58,362 nt of DNA, filler included, from Sphacelaria rigidula (GCA_964200075.2; 10 parts of 10 records of this genome joined end to end with filler, not necessarily neighbours in it); one strand, 5' to 3'. Positions 11,595 through 23,396 are shown, counted from the first letter of the whole stretch. Numbers and translations: made by a program. Notes: generated by a model not told the origin, from the letters alone.

Positions 11595-11694
11595 NNNNNN
11601 NNNNNNNNNNNNNNNNNNNNNNNNNNNNNNNNNNNNNNTTAATTAATTAANNNNNNNNNNNNNNNNNNNNNNNNNNNNNNNNNNNNNNNNNNNN
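11595..11694. other. Artificial contig linker
   Basis: N44-TTAATTAATTAA-N44. Confidence 0.98.
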
Positions 11695-12164
11695 CTGAGC
11701 GCTCCTTTTCCCCTTATTTCGATCATATCTCTTACTTTTGCCTTGTACCCCGCGTCTTCAGAGGGGAGGGGGGGGGGGGGAAACGTGCTCATAATATCGA
11801 GGAGTGCACGGATTTTTCTTGTCGTTGTAAAAAACAGTTGGACGAGATCTTCCACTTGTGTTTCGATGTAATTGCACCGCCGTAGAATCATGGCCTCAAT
11901 TAGTCTTGTCCCTCCGCCAACATGACAAAAAACGCGTGGAACACACAACACACCTCACCACGCACCGGTGATCGTAGAGCCGCGGCTACTGTTCTGCACT
12001 GCTAGGATTTCTGCACCGATGCAAGATCCGGACGAACTATCGCTGGTTCGAACCACCAAATCTACGATCTCTGGGGTTTGATGGCTCGAGAGACAGAAAG
12101 AAAGAAAGAAAAGTTGACCACCGCGGATCAGATTAGTCTTTGCGTATGTTTTGCGCTATTCTCC

Positions 12165-12302
12165 CAAGCCGCCTGGGGTTGCGCGTACCTGGGATGCAAC
12201 GCTGAAAACAAAGCCCAAGGATTGCTTGACTCGTACCGTATGAATCAATAACACAAAAATCAAGTAATTTTTCAGGCGAATCCTTATTCGCCCCAACCCT
12301 TG
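12165..12302 (-). mobile_element. Partial M1 hAT MITE
   Basis: The reverse complement matches the first ~140 bp of 12880-13138. Confidence 0.7.
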
Positions 12303-12879
12303 CGGCAATGACCCTGCGTTGAACTGTTGAAGTAGCCACGAGAGAGTTTTTTTGGCATTTTTTTTTTCGCGCTTCACAAACGCGAAGGTAATGTATTTGC
12401 CACCACGACAACAAACAGTACATTGCTCTTGTTACGGTACGTTCTGAGACCCTACAATCGATCTTCGCTGCTGTAAACGGCTGTACCGCCTGTAGTAGTG
12501 TTGGCGCCGACGCGGATCGCCGTAGTTCCCAAAGTAGTGCTGGGTGGATTTCCGCCGAAGAAAGTCTTGTGTGCGTGTAGCTGGGCGGAGTCAAGGCTCA
12601 GAGCTATTGCATGTACAGTGCACTAGAACTCTCTGTGCGTGTTATGTTAGACTGCGCAGGCAGGCAAACACACGTTGGACCATAAACCGGTATGCCTTCA
12701 TTTATTTCCGCACACCAAAAAAACAAGTTTTTTTTTTTCATGCCACCCTCCATCCTGTCTTAGATGTAACACGATCCACTTTCACTCAGGATACGATACG
12801 CTAACGCTGAATGCGGCGAGCTCTTTCACATTTATAAATAGCTGATAAAAGTAGTCCCGATCTTTCCCAGCAACAAGAT

Positions 12880-13138
12880 CACGGGTCGGACGAATCAATG
12901 ATTCGTCTGGAAATTACTTGATTTTAGTGTGACTGATTCGTACCGGACGAATCAATCCTAGGGCTTTGTTTTCAGCGTTGCAACCGAGGTACGCGTAGCC
13001 CAGGCACGCAAAATGACGCAAAAGTTGCGTGGGAACCTTTTTGGCCATCGGTGGACTTTCTTCTCTCTTTCGGACAATCAGGCTTGGAAAAATCGTGGAT
13101 TTGGTGATTCAAACCGGCGATGATTCGTCCGAACCGTG
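12880..13138 (+). mobile_element. Complete hAT-type MITE (family M1), 259 bp, 8-bp TSD AACAAGAT
   Basis: aacaagat|CACGGGTCGGACGAATCA...TGATTCGTCCGAACCGTG|aacaagat. 18-bp TIRs with one mismatch and CA...TG termini. Confidence 0.92.
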
Positions 13139-13726
13139 AACAAGATCAATAGTAGTAGTCTTGGTCCAAGAGTGGTCGTGGCTGGTTAGCCATCGAGTTT
13201 GTCACCGCTGGCACACGTTTGCAGTCGTGCAGTACGCCCTGGTGATGCCGCGATAGTAAGCTCCCCCCCCCAAAAAAAAAGAAGAAAGAGAGAGCCATAG
13301 TCCTGTCACAAAGAAGTGGCCATACAGCGAGCGCATCGTGATGATGAGTGGTTCCAGGTCTTCAAAATTGCTGTGAAAAAGAATGCAGATAGCAGGTTTC
13401 GGAAATCAGGTCTCGAAATTTGTCTTGAAGAATGCAGATATAGCTGATTTCAGAAATCAGGGTTCAACATGTCACATGTGGACTTTGCCTCGATCCCCGT
13501 TACACTCTTGGGGGGTCTACCGCTGCATCACTGTTTTTTTTGGTTTTTGGTTTTCCTACTTTTCAGCTATACGCAACTCTACGGCTCAATGAAAAAATGC
13601 GCGACGTGAGCGCATCAATTGCACAGTCGGAAATATATTTTCGTTCTCGTTTTCCGTGACTTTGTTTTTTTTCCCGTCCGTGCGACATTTTCGTTCCCAT
13701 AAGAAGTGGTCTGACCCAGTTCTTTC

Positions 13727-13782
13727 TGTTGTTGTTGTTGTTGTTGTAGTTGGTGGTGGTGGTGGTGTGTGTGTATGTGTGT
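13727..13782. repeat. Compound (TTG)n(GTG)n(TG)n microsatellite
   Basis: Read directly. Confidence 0.9.
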
Positions 13783-14003
13783 TTTGCAGGATTATTGCGT
13801 TTCGGAGAAGGAAGATGAAAGTACAGCTCTGAGAAGAGAACGACCCCTCCACGAGAACAAAAGCAGAGGTACAATGCTTTTGTGTGTGTGAGAGTTTGTG
13901 ATTGTGTGTGTTATCACAGCTGACGCATGACGAAAATAAAACGCCGACTCAACCATTCATCGTGTGATATAATATTTTGTTTATCTTCTCGTCATTTCGG
14001 GTG

Positions 14004-14282
14004 GTGTGTGTGTGTGTGTGTGTTGTTGTTGTTGTTGTCCCATCCATTCTAGACGCCAGTCTACACCTGTCGGTATATGGGTTAGGGTTACCGAGGTCAC
14101 ACAGGAGGAAGGCCAACAACACAGTATTTGTTTTTAGTATATATATGTATTTGTTTCACTACCTTATCTTCCTTCTGCGGTGCTTGCCTTATTTTTTTTC
14201 GCGAAAAGGGTTCAACGGTCCCTTTCCCTCGTCGACAGTGAAGTCAAATGTTGTGTACCCACGACATGGTTTCTCTCCACTG
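14004..14282 (-). mobile_element. tRNA-derived SINE family S1, 5'-truncated copy with (CAA)n(CA)n tail
   Basis: Reverse complement of the body of 14295-14654. GGGTTAGGGTTA replaces part of the body at 14079-14090. Confidence 0.85.
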
Positions 14283-14294
14283 ACTCCCGGGCAA

Positions 14295-14654
14295 CCGGTC
14301 GCCCCGGTGGCTTAGTTGGTAACCTCGAAACCTCCTGACGGTTGGGTCGTGAGTTCGTATCTCGGAGCGATCTGGGATTCTTTTGTCACACCATACCCAA
14401 CAGTGGAGAGCCACGACGTCGTGGGTATACAAAATTCGACATAACGGTCGACGAGGGAAAGGGACCGCTGAACCCGTCTCGCGTTAAAAAATAACGGCAA
14501 GCACCGCAGAAGGAAGGTGGAAAACTAAAAATAATGATAAAAAAAAAAACTCATGTGTTGACCTTCCTCCTGTGTGACCCCGGCTTGTGCGCCCCGCCCC
14601 CACATACCGAAAGGTGCAGACTAGCGTCCAGAATACATGGGATGGCAACACACA
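14295..14654 (+). mobile_element. tRNA-derived SINE family S1, full-length copy
   Basis: Head CCGGTCGCCCCGG-TGGCTTAGTTGG (A box)...GAGTTCGTATCTC (B box), then a ~280-bp unique body and a CAACACACA tail. At least five other copies or fragments occur in the window. Confidence 0.88.
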
Positions 14655-14661
14655 TGGTGTG

Positions 14662-14760
14662 CGAAAAATTCCCAGATCGTATGACTGCACTGAGATTCGA
14701 ACCCACGACCTAATTGTGAGAAGGCTCTGAGGTAATCAACTGAGCCACTGGGGCGACCGG
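14662..14760 (-). mobile_element. SINE S1 head-only copy
   Basis: Reverse complement reads ccggtcgccccagTGGCTCAGTTGA...GGGTTCGAATCTC...gatctgggaatt. Confidence 0.85.
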
Positions 14761-14872
14761 TATCGGGAATAAAGCAAAAAACGCCCTGAAATCATGGGTA
14801 CTCCCTATTCGGAATCCGGTATTTTACTCTGTCGAAGTTTGAACCTTACCCCCGACAGTTTATTAGAGGTGC

Positions 14873-15020
14873 AGATATCTTTGAGCAGCTGTGTCTGTCT
14901 ACGGTAAGACTGCGAAAATCCCAAGTTCACATGTTTGTTTCCCAAGTATATAGATATCTTCGAGCGGCTGTGTCTGTCTACGGTAAGACCGCAAAAATAC
15001 CCCAAGTTCACATGTTTGTT
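14873..15020 (+). repeat. Local tandem duplication, period ~79 bp
   Basis: agatatct..gagc.gctgtgtctgtctacggtaagac.gc...cccaagttcacatgtttgttt occurs twice. Confidence 0.9.
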
Positions 15021-15289
15021 TTTCAACGTCCAAATCCTTATCCTACTCTTTTCCACAATTGTGAAGCAGACACATCCTACCATTATTATGTTCGTCACAT
15101 TAGCCCCATCTCTCGAACCCGTGGTCACAGAGTGCAAGGAGCATACCACACAGTGTGGTCTGAATCACTTGTGACAAATCGGATGAATCGGCTGTATGTT
15201 CCAAGAAAAAGAATAACGAGTCATCCTACGATGGGGCACGGTGCGCTTGTTTTGGGGTTGAATCCGTGCACACTCTGGACAATGGACAC

Positions 15290-17270
15290 AATAATAGTCC
15301 ATCGCTTCAGCAATAGACACCGGGGAAACCTATCGATTTGTATTATTGAACACGATAGATGGTGAAACACATATATTGATATGTATCGCAAGGTACAATA
15401 GATGCTGCAATGGTCGATCGATAGCCTATGGCGATTACAATATGTAAAGACCACTCGCCATCGATGGACATCGTGTACTGCAATAGATTTTGGGTATATA
15501 TATATATATATATACATATCGAGAGCCATTGTCGTAATCAAAAGGTTTGGTGAACCATCCATCGATAGTCATCGCCATTATCAATAGATATGATGAGCCA
15601 TCCATCGATAGTCATTGCCGTCATCAAGAAATTGGGTGGACCATCTATCAGTACCTATTAGTGCGTCAACAGGTGTGGTGAGCCGTCTATCGGTAGCCCC
15701 TGCCGCCAACGATGAATTTTTAGGTATGGTCACTGCCGTCAATAATCGATTGTTCTCGGGAGCACCTATCGATAGCCAGTGACGCCAACGATAGGTTGTG
15801 AAAAATACATATTGCTCACTGCAGGGGTCTTCTGACGTCAACGACAATACCCCTCGCACATGAACACGCAACTATGTGAGGCGATGGCTGGCCATAGCTT
15901 TTGTGGAATACGGTGGGAACATACATCGACATATGTGCATTCATAGCGCTAGTGATCGACGTCATTCAGCTGCTTTTGTGGTCAGCAGCGCATGATTGGC
16001 GGCCGCGATCCAGATTACATTGTGACCAGCGATATACATCGGTGACCGCGATTCAGATGTTATTGTGACCCTCAAAAGACATTCGTCAGCGCAATTTAGT
16101 AGATTCTATTGTGACCAACAGCATGTGTTGGTGACCGCGTGGCAGATCCTATCGTGATTACCAATAGACATTGGTGGCCGCAATTCAGAGCCTACTGCAA
16201 CAAATTAAATGTATCGATAGACAACTTGGCCCTTCCCTTGTCACGGCAACGATACATTCCGTCCCTCGTCCCGGATCTATTATAGCCTACAAAAGCTATC
16301 GATATACGTTGATGCCAGTCGATTATGAGTGACAATGAACATTGACAGCTAAATTTTCGGGGCTATTGCAGCGCCAATGTTATATTACACAGTCTACTGT
16401 CCAGGGTATAAGCATATCTCACCACACACAAAGGTACTGTGCGCGCTCATGCCCATCAGAGGGGTGACCATAAGTATCAACACCGCACCAACAACGAAAC
16501 TTGTAAACTTTTGTCCACACATATCGCGGACTCCTACAAAATATAAGCGTTCCAAAATTGTAGAAATATGAGGTCATATATTCACACGTAGTTTAATCAT
16601 AACCCATTGCCTATCCACCTGCGGCTTCTCTACCATACCTTAACGGAGTATAACATGCTCTACACGTGGTATTCTGCGATGTAGGTGTGGCAGTACACTA
16701 CAGAGTATATCTATCGGTAGGCATGGTGTACCACAATAGATTCTTGTATGTATCTATCGATATTGATTGCCGCCGTGCGTAGCTTTATTCGACCTTTTTT
16801 TTCTTCTGTTCTTTTTTTTTCTGAGAGTGTGTTTCAGTTTTGTTTTGTCTTGGGGACGTTTATCATGAGACCATGGCTGGACCCGTGGGGGGTCAGTTAA
16901 AGTGCGACAATCAATCAATCAATCTATCAATAGCGATCGCCGTCGTCAATAGATTTGGTATACAATTTGTCAGTGACCATCGTCGTCATCGATAGATTTG
17001 GCACGCGGTCTATCGATAGCCATTGCCGTCGTCAAGAGATTTGGAAAGCTATCGATCGATACATTTGGTCGGCCGCAATAGGTTTCGATGTATATTTAGG
17101 GCCACGACAGACTGCTGCCCGGACAAAAGTGTGGGAAATGGTCTACCGATAGACCTTGCCGACGACATTAATAGGAGAAACTTGTCGATCGATGGCCATT
17201 ACGGACGACAATATTGGCATCTACTGCGGCGGATTCTCTTGCTATTGCAATAGATGCGGTCTACTGTCCA
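15290..17270. repeat. Region of degenerate ~40-45-bp subrepeats rich in ATCGAT(AG)
   Basis: Clusters at ~15520-15800 and ~16925-17200 (ccatc.atcgatagtcattgccgtcatcaa) and a different unit at ~15980-16200 (gtgaccgcg.ttcagat). Confidence 0.6.
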
Positions 17271-17387
17271 GGTTGTGAATCCGTGTCAACCAGCGTGAAT
17301 GAGCGTTATTTATCGGTAACGAGCGCAAACGAACAACCGCTGCTGCTGTCAAGGACAATGGGAAGTGGAATTTCGTGGAAGAAATTA

Positions 17388-17441
17388 CCACGGTTAGGAC
17401 GAATCATCACGACTCAAAATCACCAAATTCACAATTTCTTC
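17388..17441 (-). mobile_element. M1 MITE right end cut by contig end
   Basis: cacggttaggacgaatcatcacgactcaaaatcaccaaattcac is the reverse complement of the 3' end of 10105-10352. Confidence 0.8.
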
Positions 17442-17541
17442 NNNNNNNNNNNNNNNNNNNNNNNNNNNNNNNNNNNNNNNNNNNNTTAATTAATTAANNN
17501 NNNNNNNNNNNNNNNNNNNNNNNNNNNNNNNNNNNNNNNNN
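17442..17541. other. Artificial contig linker
   Basis: N44-TTAATTAATTAA-N44. Confidence 0.98.
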
Positions 17542-18273
17542 AAAAGGGGCACAAGATGACACAAAACCCCAACTGCGAGCCCCTTTGGTCCTTTTTTTTT
17601 CGGCACTTTTTTGGTTTGTTTTTTTTTTTTTTTTTGGGGGGGGGGCTATCGTTGAAAGTGTCAGCCACGCATCGAAGACATCAGCAACTCACACCGTGGC
17701 TACTGTAGCGATGTTTTCCAGCGTATACGCGCACGCGTGTGTACATCCCCTCACGTGAGTCATACGGGTGGCTCCGCGGGTCGGAGGGAGGGGGGAAGGT
17801 GGGAAAGGGTCAACGTAAGCCTCACCGCCAAGTATAATGTGGCACACAATAACGCTGAAATACAACCCACAGCATCGGTGTGCGTGAGATTCACGTCGCT
17901 GACCACCCCGCACAGGATAAGAGCAGTGAAACGAACCAGGGTTAAAATCACACTGGTATGCCTCTTTTCCTCCCCCCCCTCCCGTTGCCCCGTGCCGCCC
18001 GGTGCGATAGGCAGAGTCTGTCCACCTCGGTCAAGACGCCTGAAGCTCCGCGGTTTCTTTCGTGGACCGGATCTCCTTGTGGTACGAGAGTGACGAGAAA
18101 AATAAAACAAATCCAGGTCACCGTCTTGTGGAAGGAGGAGAGCGTTGACGGGTTGTGGAGGAAATCACAATATTTGGCTTATTCAAAGAAGCACATGCCT
18201 CTAGGCAGATTATGGTTCAATGGGCGTCCCCCTCGCCGGCCCTTTCACATTGCTGGCCTGGTCGTGCTCCCCC

Positions 18274-20816
18274 TCAGCGCTCACCACCACAAGCTATGCA
18301 TTCTCGATCGGCGGGAACGTTGATGAGGGTACACTGCGGCAAAAAATACATGGACGAAAGCAAACAACAGCAACAGACAGCGCATGTGGGAGCGTGCGTT
18401 GCAAAAGCAAGGGCGGGTTTGGTGTCAACGAGATGTAGCACCGTCTCGCGCACGTCAGTCATTCAAAACCTGCTCTAACCTATAACTTATATCTGGAGTC
18501 AACACATTGCGGCAGAGAACTCAACACACACAGTGTACGCAAGCTACCGTAAAACAGTCGCAAATCAAACCAGCAACAAACAAGCAAGATCTAACGCCAC
18601 TTTCTCCCCCCTCTGCTCTACCCCTCCCCTCTCTCCTCTCCCTCAATCCGTTTCTCACCCGCGAACAGCTCCACTCCCCATCCGCGAGCAAGATGCTCGA
18701 TAGGCCATCATCGCCGATAGGTAGCGGCACATCCATCGGCAGGCCTGTTACCCCACTACTACCATTACCCCCACCACTATATCCACAGCTTCCCACTGCT
18801 TTGCCCTGCGCATCAACGCCTATTCCGTAGGGTCCTTGCCCACGTGCCCCTCCTCTGTCGGATAAAACCCCGCCTCCAGCGGCGTCTCTTCCTCCGTTGG
18901 GTACTGCGGTCGATGGCGATCCTCCTGCCGCCGCCGCTCCCGCCGCCGCCACGCCGCCACCGCCGCTGCCACTTCTGACGGCCGCCTCGTCATCGGCATT
19001 TCCTCCCCCCGCTCCTCCCGGTCGGTCGGAAAAAACGTTCGCCTTGGCCACACCCAGCTGGTTGCCAGCGGCGTCGTAAAACATTCCACCTCCACCTCCA
19101 CCTCCGCGTCCTTCTCCACCTCCACGTTGTCGTGCTGTCGCCGCCGTTGCTCCTCCAGATGCCGATGCTGATAATCTCGCGTCCCGAAATATGCGACTTT
19201 TCCGTTCTGAAGAAGGTCGACCTTCTCGAGCTCGGTGTTCGCCCTGTTCTCTGCCCGCCACCGCCGCCACTGCCTCTCGCTCTGAACCGAAGTCGCGAAA
19301 TATGCGGTCTTTCCACCCTCCAACCCCTTTCCGATCTCGTTCCCCCTTTCCCCCGCCTCTGTCGCTGCCTCCCAAGCTGCGAAATATACGCCCATCTCTA
19401 TTTCCGTTCATCTGCTGTGTTCCGCCGTTCTTCAAACCCAACGACTCCTCGCCTTTCAAAACCACAGTTTGCCCCAAGGGCGCCGACGATGGTTCCACGC
19501 AGCCGGCACCACTACATGACGGCCCCTGTTTTTTACCTGACTGGGACGAAGATTCACGACCATCACCACCAACACAAACCCCCGAATGACAAGATATCAG
19601 CATGACGTCATCCGACGCCGCGACCCCGTCCCGAGCCATTCCCTTGGCGTCGTTCTCGCTCGGGAGCCCCTCTTCCGACACATCGGAAACGACACTGAGC
19701 CAATCGCCGCTAGCAGCCTCTGCACCTGCCACTCTTCCACCGGTATTCTTAATAACAAACCGTCGCATCTGGTCCGGGCTGGCGGCCTGGCTAGAAGTGT
19801 CACTCACGGAAAACGGCGCCAACGCGGGGCGCTCCACGGCGGTCGGTGTGAAGTACTCCGTGTCAAGGGGCGACGGACCGACCACCACCGTCGGTTTCGC
19901 CGGCGACACTGCTACCGTGACCGCACCTTCCTGATGCATCGGTTCTGGCCCAACTACTTGTCCGTGGGGATCATGTGGGCCTCGATCTAAGCCGAAATGG
20001 TTACCATTGCCAAAGCTATCGGTTGCCAGTTGTCGCGGCGGTCGCTGGTCCTTCGAGACTGACAACCGTTGTCGCGCGGTGTCTACTGGTAGCCCAGCGG
20101 TTCTTGCCCTAGTGCCAGCGCCGCTCTCGGCGCTTTCTTCGCTTCGGTTGTTGTCCTGGCTGTCTGTAGCGTTTCGTTCCTGTAAGAAGGAACGACAGAT
20201 ACTACAACAGTAAGAATAAACAACAAAAAATTCTGCTTCGGCTGGGGTGAATACCAGGTCCAATCTGAAACACAGCGTTTGTACAGTCTTCGAATAACCA
20301 AGAAAAAAGCGGTCGTGGCGTTCGGCGGGCCAGAACATAATACATCGGCGAATTCCTCTCCTCTAGATACACTGTAATTCATTCCCAAATCAGCTGCTCT
20401 TGAATCCGGACATTCACTGTACCAGACGCACTAAAATGTGCTGGCTTGAGTGTGAAAGCACATATCGCACTAAATATATGTCGAAACCAAGTTGTTTTAG
20501 AAGTCATGCTCGCATATGACGCGCCCCCCCCCCTCACTCGGTGTGCTACACTCAAGTATCCCGCCCCTCTCCCTCCCCCCGCGGCTAAATCATCCCTCAG
20601 TGTCGGCTCACCTGCGCGAGCATATGAAACAGCGCCGCCTGGAATTCCTGCTGTGTTGCGGGCGTGGTCCCCAAACCCTCCGGACCGCCACCCGCCCTTC
20701 CCGCCTCCCCTCTCGCCTCCGCACCCTGAGCACCGCTGGCTATGCTGGGATCCCACTCCACATAGTCCGACAGCTCGGGTGCCATGTTGCCGTGCTCTGC
20801 ATACTGAGCAGCGGAG
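18274..20816 (-). CDS. 3' part of a protein with a long Gly/Ala/Ser/Arg-rich disordered region and a C-terminal RanBP2-type (NZF) zinc finger
   Basis: Exons 20816-20612 (...APELSDYVEWDP...FQAALFHMLAQ|gtgag), 20179-18659 (1521 nt, ttacag|ERNATD...DGEWSCSR|gtgag) and 18333-18274 (ccgcag|CTLINVPADRECIACGGER*). Splicing creates W-x-C-x2-C-T-L-I-N-x6-C-x2-C, and the phases are consistent. Confidence 0.85.
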
Positions 20817-20896
20817 CTGAAGTACCATGGTGGATAGCCCATGGGCACGTTTGAGCGATCCAATCCCCACTCTAGTGGCACCTGAAGCGCGAGGAA

Positions 20897-21135
20897 GGGG
20901 GTGTACTCATGATCTTGCAAGTCGTTGTCACAAGAACATTTATCTCGCATTTCTACAAAGCCGGGACGGACCACGCCGGGTTTTTGCCGGACTAGGTTCG
21001 CAATCAATCACTAAGCGCGAAGCGCCGTGATATGTTCGGCAAGTCGTGTAAAGGGAACACCTACATCACAATAGAGTGTTTGGCCCGATGGGTACTAAAT
21101 AACTTGCAAGCGGATGACAGCCTCCAATGATTTGC
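20897..21135 (+). mobile_element. Repeat family R3, partial copy in intron
   Basis: gggggtgtactcatgatcttgca...ctaagcgcgaagcgccgtg matches 7404 onward. Confidence 0.8.
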
Positions 21136-21379
21136 TCCACTTTCACAGACAGCCAAAAGTTACAGTCTCTCAAGGGTATCTCACTATTCAAATCCTGTGG
21201 GGGGCGGGGGGCAAGGGAAGATCGTACGTCAGGGCTACACGTATATAGTAGTCAGCATCGAAAGTCTGCGGAATTCGTAGTTGTTTTAATTTTCGAGTTT
21301 TTCTCGAGTATTATTCTTCATCAGTACTTGAAGTACTAGCGTCGGTAGATTCAGGGGGAAGGGGTAGGCAGCGTTCGAA

Positions 21380-21805
21380 CCACAGTGCCCAAGTTAGTGT
21401 TTTTGGGGCGATACGCACCAGATACCCTTCTGGTAAAAAAAAAGCAGTTTTCCGGCTCTTTCGCAACGAAGCGGTAAATATTCAGATAGATGATTATGTA
21501 TATAATTCTTCAAAATAACGATCGAGATCGTCTTTCCCCCCTATACTGCACACACCTCAGTCCAGCATTTTCCGTGGATGGCTTCTTTTCAGGGGTTTTC
21601 CGCATATCATTCTCCCAGAGCACTGGAAAGTGCTAGTATAGTTTTGGCAAAATAAGCAGATCGTGCTTGAATCACAATGCCCAAGTTGATGTTGTGGGGG
21701 CGATACGGAGTAAAGACCCCGTTTATCAGGAGGGTGTTATTGACCGCAAATGGTCCAAGAAACGTGGTTTTCCGGCTCTAGCGCAGTGAAACGGTAAAAT
21801 TGAAA
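21380..21805 (+). repeat. Two diverged direct subrepeats of an interspersed repeat also present at ~55720-56130
   Basis: caca.tgcccaagtt..tgtt..tggggcgatacg...ttttccggctct..cgca..gaa.cggtaaa at ~21381 and ~21672. Similar text occurs at ~56000-56125. Confidence 0.55.
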
Positions 21806-23166
21806 AAAAAAGTCAAATTAACATATCCACATACATGGTCGGAATCGAGTCGGTCCACCGAAAATACCGAAAAGCCAGAACCTGGGGTTGCACTCTCGCA
21901 GGACCCTCAAAGATCGGTCAAGCCTGTCAGTCACTCAATGTCGATCACAGATTTCTCTTCTTTCGATATTAGTCAAGAGGGTTATGATATATCCAGATCC
22001 CCATTTTTTGGCATCCGACACTCACTGTGATGAGCGGTGGCAAGCGAAACCAATTTGGAGAAGCTCCAAGTAACTAAGGAATCACAAATTCCGCAGACTT
22101 TTGATGCTGACTATTGTAGTGTGAGGCGTATGGCTTGTTTTCCGTGTTCCACGTTCGTGTGACTGTTTACATACTGCATGACAACGTGTAATCGTCACTT
22201 CTCCCTCAACGGTTCCAAAAGGATTATTACCATACCGTTCGACGCTCCCCCCCCCCCCTCCGATCTAAATTCGACGCCAAAAGAACGGATCTTAAATTTG
22301 ATCGATGCTAAGCGGACAGGCTGTACATGGGTGCCTGCCATACTTGTTTTCGATGGAGAAAACAACGCCCGCGGATAATGCCGCCACGGCCAGCCCGCAA
22401 CATGTCACGAAGAAAATGGCCGTACAGCACATGATGGCTGCTTTCAGACTGCACGAAGCGCCTCATATGGTCGACCTTGGGAAAAACAATTCCAAGCGTC
22501 AAAGTTCCCAACTCCAAGGCTTCAGTGAGTTTGATTTACGTGTAGATTTTCACTCCTCAAACCAGTCACTTTCTTGGGGGAAGGGGAGGGGGTTATCGCG
22601 ACATTACTTCCGCGAAAAAAAAGGCGTGGCCACGTGTATATCGCACGTCATCGTCGTTCGTCCAGCAGTATATTGCTGTCTCAGCACAGTTACTGTAGCC
22701 AGTAAGTAGCCAGCGGTAGTCGTGCAAGCAGCATATGTGGCCATGCATGTACTATACCAAGACGTGAGGACACACACACACACACAAACAGCAGCAGCAG
22801 CAGAATGATGGCATAAAAAAAAAGGAAAAGCTCAAAGATGAACCCTTCTTCCTGCAGCCACGCAGCAACAGCCTGCTACACGCTGACTACCCCCATTTTT
22901 TGTTCCTCTTGCAACACCCCTGCCAAGCGCCCCATTGTCCCTTCTACGAGTAGCGTCCATCCACATCTACCGACGTCATCCTCTACAAACTCGCGGGGAC
23001 TACTAGCGGACAAAAATCTCGGGACCCCACAATGTGGGTTGGTTGCAAAGGGATAACCGATCTTTCCCGCAGGTGTGAAAAATAACTCAGAAAATAGGAG
23101 CAAAAACAAAAAAAATTACAACTGCCTGTCCGTCGAGGATTTATCCGCCGCCTCTTCGCATTTATC

Positions 23167-23288
23167 CAAGGGTCGGACGAATAATTATTCGTCTGGAAAT
23201 TACTTGGTTATAGTATAATTGATTCGACTCGTACGAATCAATCCCTAGGCTCTGTTTTCAGCGTTGCAACCCAGGTACGCGCAGCCCA
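23167..23288 (+). mobile_element. M1 MITE left half cut by contig end
   Basis: caagggtcggacgaata...ttttcagcgttgcaacccaggtacgcgcagccca. Confidence 0.85.
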
Positions 23289-23388
23289 NNNNNNNNNNNN
23301 NNNNNNNNNNNNNNNNNNNNNNNNNNNNNNNNTTAATTAATTAANNNNNNNNNNNNNNNNNNNNNNNNNNNNNNNNNNNNNNNNNNNN
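23289..23388. other. Artificial contig linker
   Basis: N44-TTAATTAATTAA-N44. Confidence 0.98.
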
Positions 23389-23396
23389 ACACAGTA

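Noticed and set aside
11960..12570. Possible minus-strand exons in contig 3
   Set aside because: The splice signals are weak, there are stops in plausible frames and no domain is recognisable.
14295..14380. Functional tRNA genes (also at 14662-14760, 36110-36194, 45235-45310, 51300-51379 and 58045-58124)
   Set aside because: A/B boxes are present, but I cannot build consistent cloverleaves, the copies diverge, and they are fused to shared downstream bodies. They are SINE heads.
18521..20338. Single-exon 605-aa protein as given in the ORF track
   Set aside because: Both ORF ends are intronic read-through. Splice sites at 20179 and 18659 give a coherent zinc-finger product.
22840..23110. Upstream exon of the zinc-finger gene
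   Set aside because: There is no clear acceptor/donor pair and there is an in-frame stop, so it cannot be supported.
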